Shown here: positions 1-9,014 of the stretch, piece after piece
Layout: each line of letters begins with the position of its first letter
Numbering within the stretch: position 1 is the stretch's first letter
Source: Candidatus Kaiserbacteria bacterium
Lineage (GTDB): Bacteria; Patescibacteriota; Minisyncoccia; Phycocordibacterales; Phycocordibacteraceae
Reading direction: 5' to 3'
Assembly (NCBI GenBank): GCA_023267735.1
Contig: JAHFMT010000004.1
Coordinates: 1-41,271 of the forward strand
DNA: 41,271 bases
Notes under the pieces: model-generated
What the model was told of the DNA's origin: nothing
Database searches by the model: none
The model's input: the letters and a program-made list of their open reading frames with translations, nothing else
Position numbers and translations under genes: made by a program

Positions 1-111
1 GTACAGGCACTTCTCGGTCATGCGTCCATCACTACAACCCAGATGTATACGCACGTAACTGACAAGCATCTCCGCGAAGTCCACAAGAAATTCCATTCCC
101 GCAATCAGTAA
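1..111 (+). CDS. Tyrosine recombinase (XerC/XerD family), C-terminal fragment; the 5' end lies outside the window
   Basis: Frame 1 reads [36 protein letters not shown]. This contains the LLGH..TT..YTH box II motif with the catalytic Tyr. Stop TAA at 109-111. Confidence 0.8.
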   Translation, partial: VQALLGHASITTTQMYTHVTDKHLREVHKKFHSRNQ

Positions 112-146
112 TATCCAGGAAGATTTCTGGGTTAGAATAGAGACAA

Positions 147-947
147 ATGCATATATTCTCTTGGAACGTGAATGGTATCCGTGCGGTACACCGTAAAGAC
201 GTATTCGTTCCCTTCTTGAAACAGTACAAGCCAGACATTCTTTGCTTGCAAGAAACCAAGGCAGAGCAGCATGAGTCCCCCATTGATCTTCCTGAGTACG
301 AAGAGTTTTGGAGCTCTGCTAAGAATCGTAAGGGGTATAGCGGGACTGCTATTTTCTTGAAGCAAACACCAGTAAACGTATTATTCGGCCTGCCTATAGA
401 TCTTGTGCATAAATACGGCCTTGATACTGATGAATACGGAAACCCTAATGATGAGGGGCGTGTTATCGCTGCTGATACAGGCAGTATGTACATTGTCTCC
501 GTGTACACTCCAAACGCAAAAGGAGATCTTTCGCGCTTACCTCTTCGCCACAAGCAGTGGGACCCGGCATTCCTTGAATATATGCAGCGCCTTGATGCAG
601 AAAAACCTATTATTTTCTGCGGTGATTTAAATGTAGCGCACTCCCCTATTGATTTGGCACACCCAAAACAAAATGAAGGTCAGCATGGCTATACCAAAGA
701 GGAACGTGCGGGGATAGATAACATTATCGCCGCGGGTTTTATTGATTCATTCCGTACTCTGCACCCTGAGCAAACAGAGGCGTATACCTGGTGGAGCCAT
801 TGGCAAAATGCGCGATCAAGAAATGTGGGTTGGCGCATTGATTATATTTTCGTGAGCAAACGGCTTAAAAAGCATCTCGTAGCCACAGAGATTCACCCTG
901 ATGTCATGGGTTCCGACCACTGCCCGGTTTCTATTGAGTTGTCATAA
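147..947 (+). CDS. xth: Exodeoxyribonuclease III (ExoIII/APE1-family AP endonuclease)
   Basis: 266 aa. Motifs: MHIFSWNVNGIR start, LCLQETK, GDLNVAH, WW(S)HW, SDHCPV C-terminus. TAGAAT -10 lies 8 nt upstream of the ATG. Confidence 0.93.
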   Translation: MHIFSWNVNGIRAVHRKDVFVPFLKQYKPDILCLQETKAEQHESPIDLPEYEEFWSSAKNRKGYSGTAIFLKQTPVNVLFGLPIDLVHKYGLDTDEYGNPNDEGRVIAADTGSMYIVSVYTPNAKGDLSRLPLRHKQWDPAFLEYMQRLDAEKPIIFCGDLNVAHSPIDLAHPKQNEGQHGYTKEERAGIDNIIAAGFIDSFRTLHPEQTEAYTWWSHWQNARSRNVGWRIDYIFVSKRLKKHLVATEIHPDVMGSDHCPVSIELS

Positions 948-1157
948 AGGACACTATCCACAGGTATGTCCTTTACACTTTGTCCGTAACAGCGGTAGTA
1001 TCTAAGTACGTGGATGTCTTTCATAAGATATCCACGACGGAAGTAGTTCTTTCCTAGATCTTTCCATCAAATTACGCGTTTGCCACCAAGAGCACGTCCG
1101 GGACGAATTCCCGTTGTACTTAAGCGCTTCTTCACGGCATGTTACACGCGAAACAAT

Positions 1158-1240
1158 AAAAAAGCCGCCAATCTCCTGGCACAGCCACATATTTGCCCCA
1201 ACTCAATTCTTGCTGTGCCAACCAGGCGGTTTTTTGTTTT
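1158..1240. terminator. Long imperfect hairpin between convergent xth and cca (bidirectional terminator-like)
   Basis: An A-run precedes GCCGCC, then TGGCACAGC / GCTGTGCCA pair, then GGCGG followed by TTTTTTGTTTT. The T-run on + and the A-run on its 5' side give U-tracts on both strands. Confidence 0.5.
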
Positions 1241-1259
1241 CTAGTGTTACACGTGAAAA

Positions 1260-2723
1260 CTAGCAAACATGGTGCTTTTCCATTATTTTCTGTATTTCCG
1301 CCTCTTCTGCCGCCTCTCGCTTTACTTTTCCAGAATCACCAAGCTTCTTAAGCTCATTTTCATCAAGCGACAGAAGTTCCTCTACCCTTTTCCCAAGGTA
1401 TTCCTCAGTGTTTCTGCTTGAATCGTCAAGCACCTCCTCAAGGAGCGCGTTCAGCATATACCCTATCTTTGGGCCAGGTTTCATGTGGAACTTCTGCATA
1501 AGGACTGAGCCGTCAACGGCAAGCATTGCAACAGATATTGGGTCACGAAGAGCCTGATCAACCATGGCCATATACTTCCTTAGGCGGAAAGGCTGTTCCT
1601 TAGGTCGTCCTGTCCCTATGCGGTCGCAAAGACGTAGGTGAAGGAGGTCATGGATGTTTTCCCGGCCAACGTTCGTGATAATCCTACGAACAGCTGAGAG
1701 CGTTACAACCTCAGGGTCAGAGAAGAACATATGCCAACGGACAAGGCTTGAAACGCCTTGTATGGTTTCACGTGAAAACCTCAGGTCCTCTAACGCTTTC
1801 TTGGTAACCCTCCCGCCAACAACGTCATGACCATGAAAAGTCCAGTCTTTCTTCTCATCTGACCACCTGCGGGTCTCTGGCTTGGCTATATCGTGGAAAA
1901 GTCCAGCAAGACGTACAGTAAAGCTCCAGCCCTTATCTGCGGCATGCTGCATGGTGCGGAGATTGTGTTCAAAAACATCATACGAATGAGCCTGATTTTG
2001 TTCTATACCAATACCGCGTACCAAATCTGGGGCAATAAAAGGAAGCATTCCAAGCTGGTTTGCTAGCAGGAGAGCACTCATTGGGTGCGGGGTCTCAAGT
2101 ATACGGACAAACTCATCCCGCACTCTTTCACGTGAAACACCTTGCAAATGCTTGCTATTTTCCTTTATTGCAGCGGCTGTGTCTGAATCTATACCAAAAT
2201 CAAGCTGTGCAATAAGACGTACGGCCCTAAGCATGCGAAGGGCGTCTTCGTTAAACCGCTCGGAAGGGTTTCCTACGGTGCGGAGCAGTTTGTCCTTTAT
2301 GTCCTTTATGCCGTCAAAAGGATCTTCAAAACTATCCTTATCCTCATCGTATGCCATGGCGTTTACTGTGAAGTCGCGTCGGGCGAGGTCTTCATGAAGA
2401 GAAACGCCAAATTCCACAGTGTCTGGACGGCGTCTGTCTGTGTACCCAGATTCCTTACGGTATGGAGTTACCTCAATGATTGCTACTGTTTCTTCCTCAG
2501 ATCCGGTCTTTACGCCCACAGTCCCATAGTCATTTTCATAGAAAGAGTCAGGGAAAATGGCCTGAATCTGCTCGGGGGTTGCGTTTGTGGTAACGTCCCA
2601 GTCCTTTGGTTTCTTGTTAAGGATAAGGTCGCGTACACACCCACCTACTAGGTAGGCATCAAAACCGGCACCACGGAGCCCTTGAGAAACCTTCTGTACT
2701 TCGTTTGGGACAGGGAAGCGCAT
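1260..2723 (-). CDS. cca: CCA-adding tRNA nucleotidyltransferase (PolyA polymerase head plus HD domain)
   Basis: 487 aa. N-terminus contains LVGGCVRDLILNKKPKDWDVTT (the GG.VRD motif). RRDFTVNAM is present, and an HD-type segment LFHDIAKP. Confidence 0.9.
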   Translation of the reverse strand: MRFPVPNEVQKVSQGLRGAGFDAYLVGGCVRDLILNKKPKDWDVTTNATPEQIQAIFPDSFYENDYGTVGVKTGSEEETVAIIEVTPYRKESGYTDRRRPDTVEFGVSLHEDLARRDFTVNAMAYDEDKDSFEDPFDGIKDIKDKLLRTVGNPSERFNEDALRMLRAVRLIAQLDFGIDSDTAAAIKENSKHLQGVSRERVRDEFVRILETPHPMSALLLANQLGMLPFIAPDLVRGIGIEQNQAHSYDVFEHNLRTMQHAADKGWSFTVRLAGLFHDIAKPETRRWSDEKKDWTFHGHDVVGGRVTKKALEDLRFSRETIQGVSSLVRWHMFFSDPEVVTLSAVRRIITNVGRENIHDLLHLRLCDRIGTGRPKEQPFRLRKYMAMVDQALRDPISVAMLAVDGSVLMQKFHMKPGPKIGYMLNALLEEVLDDSSRNTEEYLGKRVEELLSLDENELKKLGDSGKVKREAAEEAEIQKIMEKHHVC

Positions 2724-2783
2724 AAAGGCATGCTAGCACGGAACTACTGCTTTTTCTGTGCATATGCCGTACTATTAAATAAC

Positions 2784-2855
2784 GCCCCGGTGGTGAAATG
2801 GATATCACAACTGTCTTCGGAACAGTCGTTCTGGGTTCGAGTCCTGGCCGGGGCA
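2784..2855 (+). tRNA. tRNA-Arg (anticodon UCG)
   Basis: Hand-folded cloverleaf. Acceptor GCCCCGG/CCGGGGC, D stem GTGA/TCAC, anticodon stem ACTGT/ACAGT, loop CTTCGGA, T loop TTCGAGT. No encoded CCA. Confidence 0.8.
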
Positions 2856-2914
2856 CTAAATACAGTGTTTGTACTGGAAAGTAATAGGGGAGTCATGCTA
2901 GTATGCGGGAACGA

Positions 2915-2985
2915 GCGGATATGGTTCAGTGGTAGAATGGCTCCTTGCCATGGAGCAGACGGGGGTTCGATTCCCCCTATCCGCA
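2915..2985 (+). tRNA. tRNA-Gly (anticodon GCC)
   Basis: Acceptor GCGGATA/TATCCGC, anticodon stem GCTCC/GGAGC with loop TTGCCAT, T arm GGGGG-TTCGATT-CCCCC. No encoded CCA. Confidence 0.88.
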
Positions 2986-3000
2986 CCCGATAAACTAACA

Positions 3001-3033
3001 AGAAAAGCCACGTCTGTGGCTTTTCTTGTTTTT
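3001..3033 (+). terminator. Intrinsic terminator after the tRNA-Arg/tRNA-Gly pair
   Basis: AGAAAAGCCAC-GTCT-GTGGCTTTTCT hairpin followed by a T-run. Confidence 0.75.
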
Positions 3034-3048
3034 GCCCACATCCCGCAA

Positions 3049-3162
3049 TGTGCAAAACCATTAAACAGGGGGATTTGTTAGAAATACGGCTCTGTTGAGC
3101 CGTATTTGCGGTATTTTCCATATGTGGTGAGGTGGGGATAAAGCTGTTGATTGTGTGGATAA
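3049..3162 (-). other. Three same-orientation DnaA-box-like 9-mers in an AT-rich spacer
   Basis: TGTGGATAA at 3154-3162 is the exact complement of TTATCCACA. TGGGGATAA at 3133-3141 has 1 mismatch and lies 21 bp away. TGTGCAAAA at 3049-3057 fits the relaxed TTWTNCACA consensus. Confidence 0.3.
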
Positions 3163-3205
3163 AAGACAGTTTGAGACGTCCGAAACAAAACTAAAATGAA
3201 AGAAT

Positions 3206-3269
3206 ATTGTCTTGATTTTTTCTTGATTTTGTAAGGGCATTATTAAAGCCAGCATTATTATTGTCTTGA
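3206..3269. repeat. Short AT-rich direct repeats (TCTTGATTTT x2 in tandem; ATTGTCTTGA x2)
   Basis: TCTTGATTTTT at 3210-3220 and TCTTGATTTT at 3221-3230. ATTGTCTTGA at 3206-3215 and 3260-3269. Confidence 0.5.
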
Positions 3270-3408
3270 AGAAATATAAAAACGCTGCCGTATCTATAAA
3301 TACTTTTCGGCGTCAGCATGATCTGTGTGCGGGGAGGGGGTACGGTGTGTATTCCTCAAATCGCATACTTCTGCTAAAGTGGCGTAGTAGCGAGATTCTC
3401 ACTACATT

Positions 3409-3479
3409 CGGGGCGTAGTATACCGGTAGTACGCCTGCTTTGGGAGCAGATAGACCGGGTTCGATTCCCGGCGCCCCGA
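3409..3479 (+). tRNA. tRNA-Pro (anticodon UGG)
   Basis: Acceptor CGGGGCG/CGCCCCG, anticodon loop TTTGGGA, T arm CCGGG-TTCGATT-CCCGG, discriminator A. No encoded CCA. Confidence 0.85.
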
Positions 3480-3485
3480 CAAACA

Positions 3486-3516
3486 ACAAACACCCCGCAT
3501 ATGCGGGGTGTTTGTG
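3486..3516. terminator. Bidirectional intrinsic terminator (tRNA-Pro on +, protease gene on -)
   Basis: ACAAACACCCCGCAT/ATGCGGGGTGTTTGT perfect palindromic hairpin with A/T runs on both sides. Confidence 0.75.
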
Positions 3517-3529
3517 TAGAAGATAGCGT

Positions 3530-4699
3530 TTATAGACCTAGAGTTTTTATGATAAGTGAACGTAGTATCTCCATATCTCCAGAGAATGAGGTTGCAAGAG
3601 CCTCTGGATTTGCTGCAGAAAGAAAGGCATCAAAGGTGCTCCTGGTGTCATCACTAAAGCTTTCACGTATGTGCCGCAGGGTTATGGCACGTACGTCTCG
3701 GGACGCTACAGGACCGTCTGTGGTGCTGGTGGTGATAAGCCCTACAAGCTTTCCGTCGGTATCAGCAACGGCACCTCCAGATGATCCTGACTGTGCCGCT
3801 GCGTTTCCGCCAAGGGAAAGCACATCAACGGTAGTTCGGTTAAATGTATATACGTCCTTTACGGTGTCTGTGATGAGGGTAGGGAGGAGCGACGTGCGTA
3901 TATCTTCACTTGAGACAAACTGTGCTCCGTATGTGCCAATAATCACCCCATCACCAGTCTGAGGAGTTTCTTTTGAAAGAGACAGCGCGGGGAAGGTTAC
4001 GGGTAGTGGTGCTTTTGTTGCGCTTTGGGTAATCGCAAGAATGGCGAAATCGTGCTCTCCCGTGCCGCGTGCATGTTCTTCAAGCAGGATGCCAGGGTGA
4101 TCTTCTATCCATGACTCAGAAACATAGATTGGCTTTGCAAAATAAGCATTTTTTGCAGGACTTCCCGTGCGTATAACACAGGTCGCTGTTGGAGCCTCTC
4201 CCTCAGCAAGCAGGAAATACTGTCCTACGTGCGCGACAGTGAGAATAATGCCGTGAGGATCAATAATGACACCACTTCCTGACATTGCTCGTACAGTCTG
4301 GTTGCTCGTCGTACAAAGGATGTTTACCAATGCGGCGCGCACAGCACGCATGGCGCTTGTTTCATCTGTGTTGGTGGTAGTTTCTACAGTTTCTTCAGCG
4401 GGAGCTGGCACGGTCTCTGGCTTTGCAGGGACAGGAATTACGGGTGCCGGGGGCGCAGGTTGAGGTTTTCGCTGAGGAACAACCGTCTCTATGATTTTTG
4501 GCTTCGTGGTTGTTGCCGCTACTGGGACCTCAGTCGTTGAGGCGGTTTCGGTAACGGACGGTATAGGGATAATGAGTGGTGTTGGTACCTCATATGCAGG
4601 CAAATTCACCGCAGTGGGGGTAGGTGTTTTATGCAATAGGCTATTGCCAGCAAAGATAACGCCAAGGACAACAAGCCAAGGAAGGAGGGGCATATACAT
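3530..4699 (-). CDS. Secreted or membrane-anchored trypsin-like (S1C-type) serine protease with a Pro/Thr-rich linker
   Basis: 389 aa. N-terminal TM/signal segment LLPWLVVLGVIFAG, then a P/T/V-rich spacer. Catalytic context: GSGVIIDPHGIILTVAHV (His), EHDFAILAI (Asp), QSGSSGGAV (Ser). Confidence 0.85.
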   Translation of the reverse strand: MYMPLLPWLVVLGVIFAGNSLLHKTPTPTAVNLPAYEVPTPLIIPIPSVTETASTTEVPVAATTTKPKIIETVVPQRKPQPAPPAPVIPVPAKPETVPAPAEETVETTTNTDETSAMRAVRAALVNILCTTSNQTVRAMSGSGVIIDPHGIILTVAHVGQYFLLAEGEAPTATCVIRTGSPAKNAYFAKPIYVSESWIEDHPGILLEEHARGTGEHDFAILAITQSATKAPLPVTFPALSLSKETPQTGDGVIIGTYGAQFVSSEDIRTSLLPTLITDTVKDVYTFNRTTVDVLSLGGNAAAQSGSSGGAVADTDGKLVGLITTSTTDGPVASRDVRAITLRHIRESFSDDTRSTFDAFLSAANPEALATSFSGDMEILRSLIIKTLGL

Positions 4700-4740
4700 A
4701 TGGTACGCCAGGATGTCATTTCATGGTATCCTCACCAAAC

Positions 4741-4811
4741 GCGGGATTAGTTTAATGGTAGAACTGCAGTTTTCCAAACTGTTAGCAGGCGTTCGATTCG
4801 CCTATCCCGCA
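4741..4811 (+). tRNA. tRNA-Gly (anticodon UCC)
   Basis: Acceptor GCGGGAT/ATCCCGC, anticodon stem GCAGT/ACTGT with loop TTTCCAA, T arm AGGCG-TTCGATT-CGCCT. The discriminator A at 4811 is 1 nt from the next ATG. Confidence 0.85.
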
Positions 4812-4812
4812 C

Positions 4813-5670
4813 ATGGCGCAAACTCGGTTTTACATAGCTCTTGGCATGCTTGTTGCGGTTATTGGAGGTGGTGCGTATCTCGTATATTGGGGTCTGGGAG
4901 AGTTTGCAAGTGCAAAGGAAACGGCGCGGGCAAGAATCGCAGAGCTTGAATCGGATCTCGCCCGTACGACAGAGGAAAACGAGAAGCTTTCTCGTGACCT
5001 TATTGCAGAGCAAGCAAAAATGGCTGATTTCTCAGCACAAATAGAAGATATTACCGGAGAGGTGGGTATCTTGGATCGCTTACAAAAGACGGATAAGGAG
5101 TTATTGCAAAAGTACTCCCGCACCTATTTCCTTAATGAGCACTATCGTCCTTCACGTATAGAGGAGATTCCAGAAGAGTACAGGTTTCCACCTAAAGAAC
5201 AGGAGTATTTCCATAAGCAGGCGTGGCCCTTTCTTGAACAGCTACTTGAGTCTGCAAAAGATGATGGAGTCATCTTGCAGGTTGCATCAGGATACCGCTC
5301 CTTTGACGACCAGAAGGACGTAAAGGCAACCTACCTTACGACCTACGGTACCGCGTCAAACACGTTCTCTGCCGATCAGGGGTATTCTGAGCACCAGCTT
5401 GGTACAGCACTCGATTTCACCACTCCCGCTCTAAAAGGTGCACTTGATGGGTTTGAGAAGACGGAAGCATATACCTGGCTTACAGAAAATGCATATCGCT
5501 ACGGGTTCGTCCTCTCATACCCTAAAGGCAACACCTACTACCAGTTTGAACCTTGGCACTGGCGTTTTGTTGGTCGCTCACTCGCAAAAGAGCTACACCA
5601 CGACGGCAAGTATTTCTACGATCTTGATCAACGAGACATAGACGAACATCTCGTTGATCTATTTGAATAA
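4813..5670 (+). CDS. D-alanyl-D-alanine carboxypeptidase (VanY / peptidase M15B family), membrane-anchored with a coiled coil
   Basis: 285 aa. TM segment YIALGMLVAVIGGGAYLVYW. Zinc-peptidase motifs SGYRSFDDQ, SEHQLGTALDF, EPWHWRFVG. Confidence 0.88.
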   Translation: MAQTRFYIALGMLVAVIGGGAYLVYWGLGEFASAKETARARIAELESDLARTTEENEKLSRDLIAEQAKMADFSAQIEDITGEVGILDRLQKTDKELLQKYSRTYFLNEHYRPSRIEEIPEEYRFPPKEQEYFHKQAWPFLEQLLESAKDDGVILQVASGYRSFDDQKDVKATYLTTYGTASNTFSADQGYSEHQLGTALDFTTPALKGALDGFEKTEAYTWLTENAYRYGFVLSYPKGNTYYQFEPWHWRFVGRSLAKELHHDGKYFYDLDQRDIDEHLVDLFE

Positions 5671-5730
5671 CGTTCTAGAAGTCCGCGTCTCTCAGTGCCC
5701 GCTGAATACTGTCTACATCAATATCAAGTT

Positions 5731-6066
5731 TCATTTCAGTAAGTTCTGGATCATCTTCTGGAGAAAGGCCAAGATTATCATGGATCTCATCAGCACGATG
5801 ATCGAAAGAAAGATTGCTTCCAAAGAAACAATCATGGTGAGCAGAGTAAAAGGGAAGGGGTCGAAGGTTTGTACACCTGGGACGAGTTGTGTATTGCAGG
5901 CAATCCATATGATAAACAGAACCGCATTCGCAACGAGGAACCATCCACTACCGAAGAATTCGGTGAGCGTGTCGGAGAATTTATCACGACGGCGCTGTCG
6001 TTCTTCAAAACGTGTACGGAAGCCAAGCTGACCTGATCTAAAATCTTCTGCGTGGTGGTGATGCAT
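5731..6066 (-). CDS. DUF1003-family membrane protein, apparently truncated or frameshifted at the C-terminus
   Basis: 111 aa. FGSGWFLVANAVLFIIWIACN and FDPFPFTLLTMIVSLEAIFLS match the two DUF1003 helices. The expected SQNRQ segment is missing and the tail continues in another frame (5675-5800). TATACT-N6-ATG start context. Confidence 0.65.
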   Translation of the reverse strand: MHHHHAEDFRSGQLGFRTRFEERQRRRDKFSDTLTEFFGSGWFLVANAVLFIIWIACNTQLVPGVQTFDPFPFTLLTMIVSLEAIFLSIIVLMRSMIILAFLQKMIQNLLK

Positions 6067-6078
6067 ATCCGTAGTATA
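6064..6078 (-). promoter_or_regulatory. -10 box TATACT exactly 6 nt upstream of the ATG (leaderless-type start) for the DUF1003 gene
   Basis: Minus strand reads TATACT-ACGGAT-ATG. Confidence 0.5.
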
Positions 6079-6095
6079 CGCCTTTCGTGTAGGTA

Positions 6096-7604
6096 TTAGG
6101 AAATCAAAACAATACCAGTCATTGATGCCGGAACGGGAAGCCCTAACAGGGTAAGGATAGTAGGGGCAACATCAGCAAGTGTTCCTGAAGAAAGGGTATG
6201 GCCTTTTTCGGTAAGAATTGCTGGCACAATATTAAGTGTGTGTGCCGTATGCTTAGCGCCTGTCTCGCTATCTATATTCACTTCTGCATTGCCGTGGTCT
6301 GCCGTGATAAAGGCACAACCGCCGTTTGTGTGCAGTACTTCAAGTACACGTTTCAGTTCGCTATCAACTGTTTCAACGGCGGTGATGATGGCGGGGACGT
6401 TTGCGGTGTGACCAACCATGTCAGCGTTTGCAAAGTTGATGAAGATAAAGTTAGTACCATTTTCAATCTGTTCAATTGCTTTGTCGGCAATTTCTTTTGC
6501 GCGCATCTCTGGTGCAAGATCATGCGTCGGCACATCTTTACGACTCTCTACAAGAATATGCGTCTCACCTTCGTACGGAGTCTCACGTCCACCATTAAGG
6601 AAGTACGTCGCATGCGGGTATTTTTCTGTCTCAGCAATGTGCGCTTGAGTGAGTCCCGCTTTTGATATCTCTGCGGCGAGCGTGGTCTCAACACGCTGCG
6701 GTGGAAATGCGACGTGGGCAGTACTTTTTGAATCGTATTCAGTGAGCGTGACGAAGTAGAGACCTTTGGTCTGTGCCTCCTTTGCTATAAGTTCAGAGAG
6801 CATGCGCGCACGATCGCTGCGGAAGTTTGCAAAGATAACGGCATCGTTTTCTTGAAGTGGATATGATTTGCCCTCGGCATCAACACACACCATTGGTTCA
6901 AGGTGTTCATCAAGAGCTCCTTCCTTGTGCATTTCTTCAACTTTACTTGAGGGTTTTATCTCACAAATATTTCCAGTTCCTTCACAAATGGCCTTCCAGG
7001 CACGATCTGCTCGGTCCCAGTTATTGTCTCTATCCATGGCAAAGAACCGTCCGCATACCGATGCGACAGCTCCAATTCCCAAGGTTTCACAAAGATTCTC
7101 AAGTCTTGATAAAGATTTGTGGGCACTTTGAGGCGCAACATCACGTCCGTCCGTGAAAGCGTGAATCGCCACCTTGGTAAGTCCCGCTTCTTTGGCCGCC
7201 TGTAGCAGTGCATAGAGGTGTTCCTCATGGCTGTGGATGCCACCAGGAGACACCAGGCCAAGTATGTGGAGTGTGGAGTTGTGGCGCAGTGCATGGTCAA
7301 AGGCAGCCTTAAACGCGGGCGTGTCTTTAAAGGTGCCGTTTTTAATTGCTTTCGTGATGCGCACAAGGTCGGTATCAATAATACGACCTGCGCCTATGGT
7401 CATGTGGCCCACCTCACTGTTTCCAATCTGTCCTTCAGGGAGACCCACGCTTTCTTCAGAGGCATCAAGCGTGGAACAGGGATACCCGCGCTCAAGCGAA
7501 TCAAAGTACGGGGTATGTGCCGCTGCTATAGCGTTATCTTTTATTTCTTCACGGTGCCCCCACCCATCAAGCACAATGAGCGCTACCTGTTTCTTTGCGG
7601 TCAT
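6096..7604 (-). CDS. gpmI: 2,3-bisphosphoglycerate-independent phosphoglycerate mutase
   Basis: 502 aa. VALIVLDGWGHRE N-terminus, GNSEVGHMTIGAGR, ITADHGNAE near the C-terminus. Confidence 0.95.
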   Translation of the reverse strand: MTAKKQVALIVLDGWGHREEIKDNAIAAAHTPYFDSLERGYPCSTLDASEESVGLPEGQIGNSEVGHMTIGAGRIIDTDLVRITKAIKNGTFKDTPAFKAAFDHALRHNSTLHILGLVSPGGIHSHEEHLYALLQAAKEAGLTKVAIHAFTDGRDVAPQSAHKSLSRLENLCETLGIGAVASVCGRFFAMDRDNNWDRADRAWKAICEGTGNICEIKPSSKVEEMHKEGALDEHLEPMVCVDAEGKSYPLQENDAVIFANFRSDRARMLSELIAKEAQTKGLYFVTLTEYDSKSTAHVAFPPQRVETTLAAEISKAGLTQAHIAETEKYPHATYFLNGGRETPYEGETHILVESRKDVPTHDLAPEMRAKEIADKAIEQIENGTNFIFINFANADMVGHTANVPAIITAVETVDSELKRVLEVLHTNGGCAFITADHGNAEVNIDSETGAKHTAHTLNIVPAILTEKGHTLSSGTLADVAPTILTLLGLPVPASMTGIVLIS

Positions 7605-7616
7605 ACGGTTTCAGTA

Positions 7617-8990
<1,374 letters not shown>

Positions 8991-9014
8991 AGAGTGTACT
9001 GAGAACCTTCGCTG

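Noticed and set aside
1002-1190. A 62-aa minus-strand ORF in the xth/cca spacer.
   Set aside because: It has no SD or -10-N6 start context, it overlaps the hairpin structures, and its Trp/Cys/Arg-rich sequence has no motif.
1243-2140. Three occurrences of CACGTGAAA(A)C, part of the palindrome TTTCACGTGAAA, at about 1251, 1769 and 2129.
   Set aside because: Two of them lie inside cca and simply encode SRE tripeptides (FSRET, VSRER). That is too few, and too codon-constrained, to call a binding-site array.
2659-3121. ORFs of 65-125 aa overlapping the tRNA-Arg/tRNA-Gly region on both strands.
   Set aside because: They run through two well-folded tRNA genes and a terminator, and have no start signals.
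3381-3420. The 9-nt repeat GGCGTAGTA upstream of and inside the 5' end of tRNA-Pro, which hints at a partial tRNA duplication.
   Set aside because: Only 9 nt match and there is no further cloverleaf-like structure in the upstream copy. This is within chance expectation.
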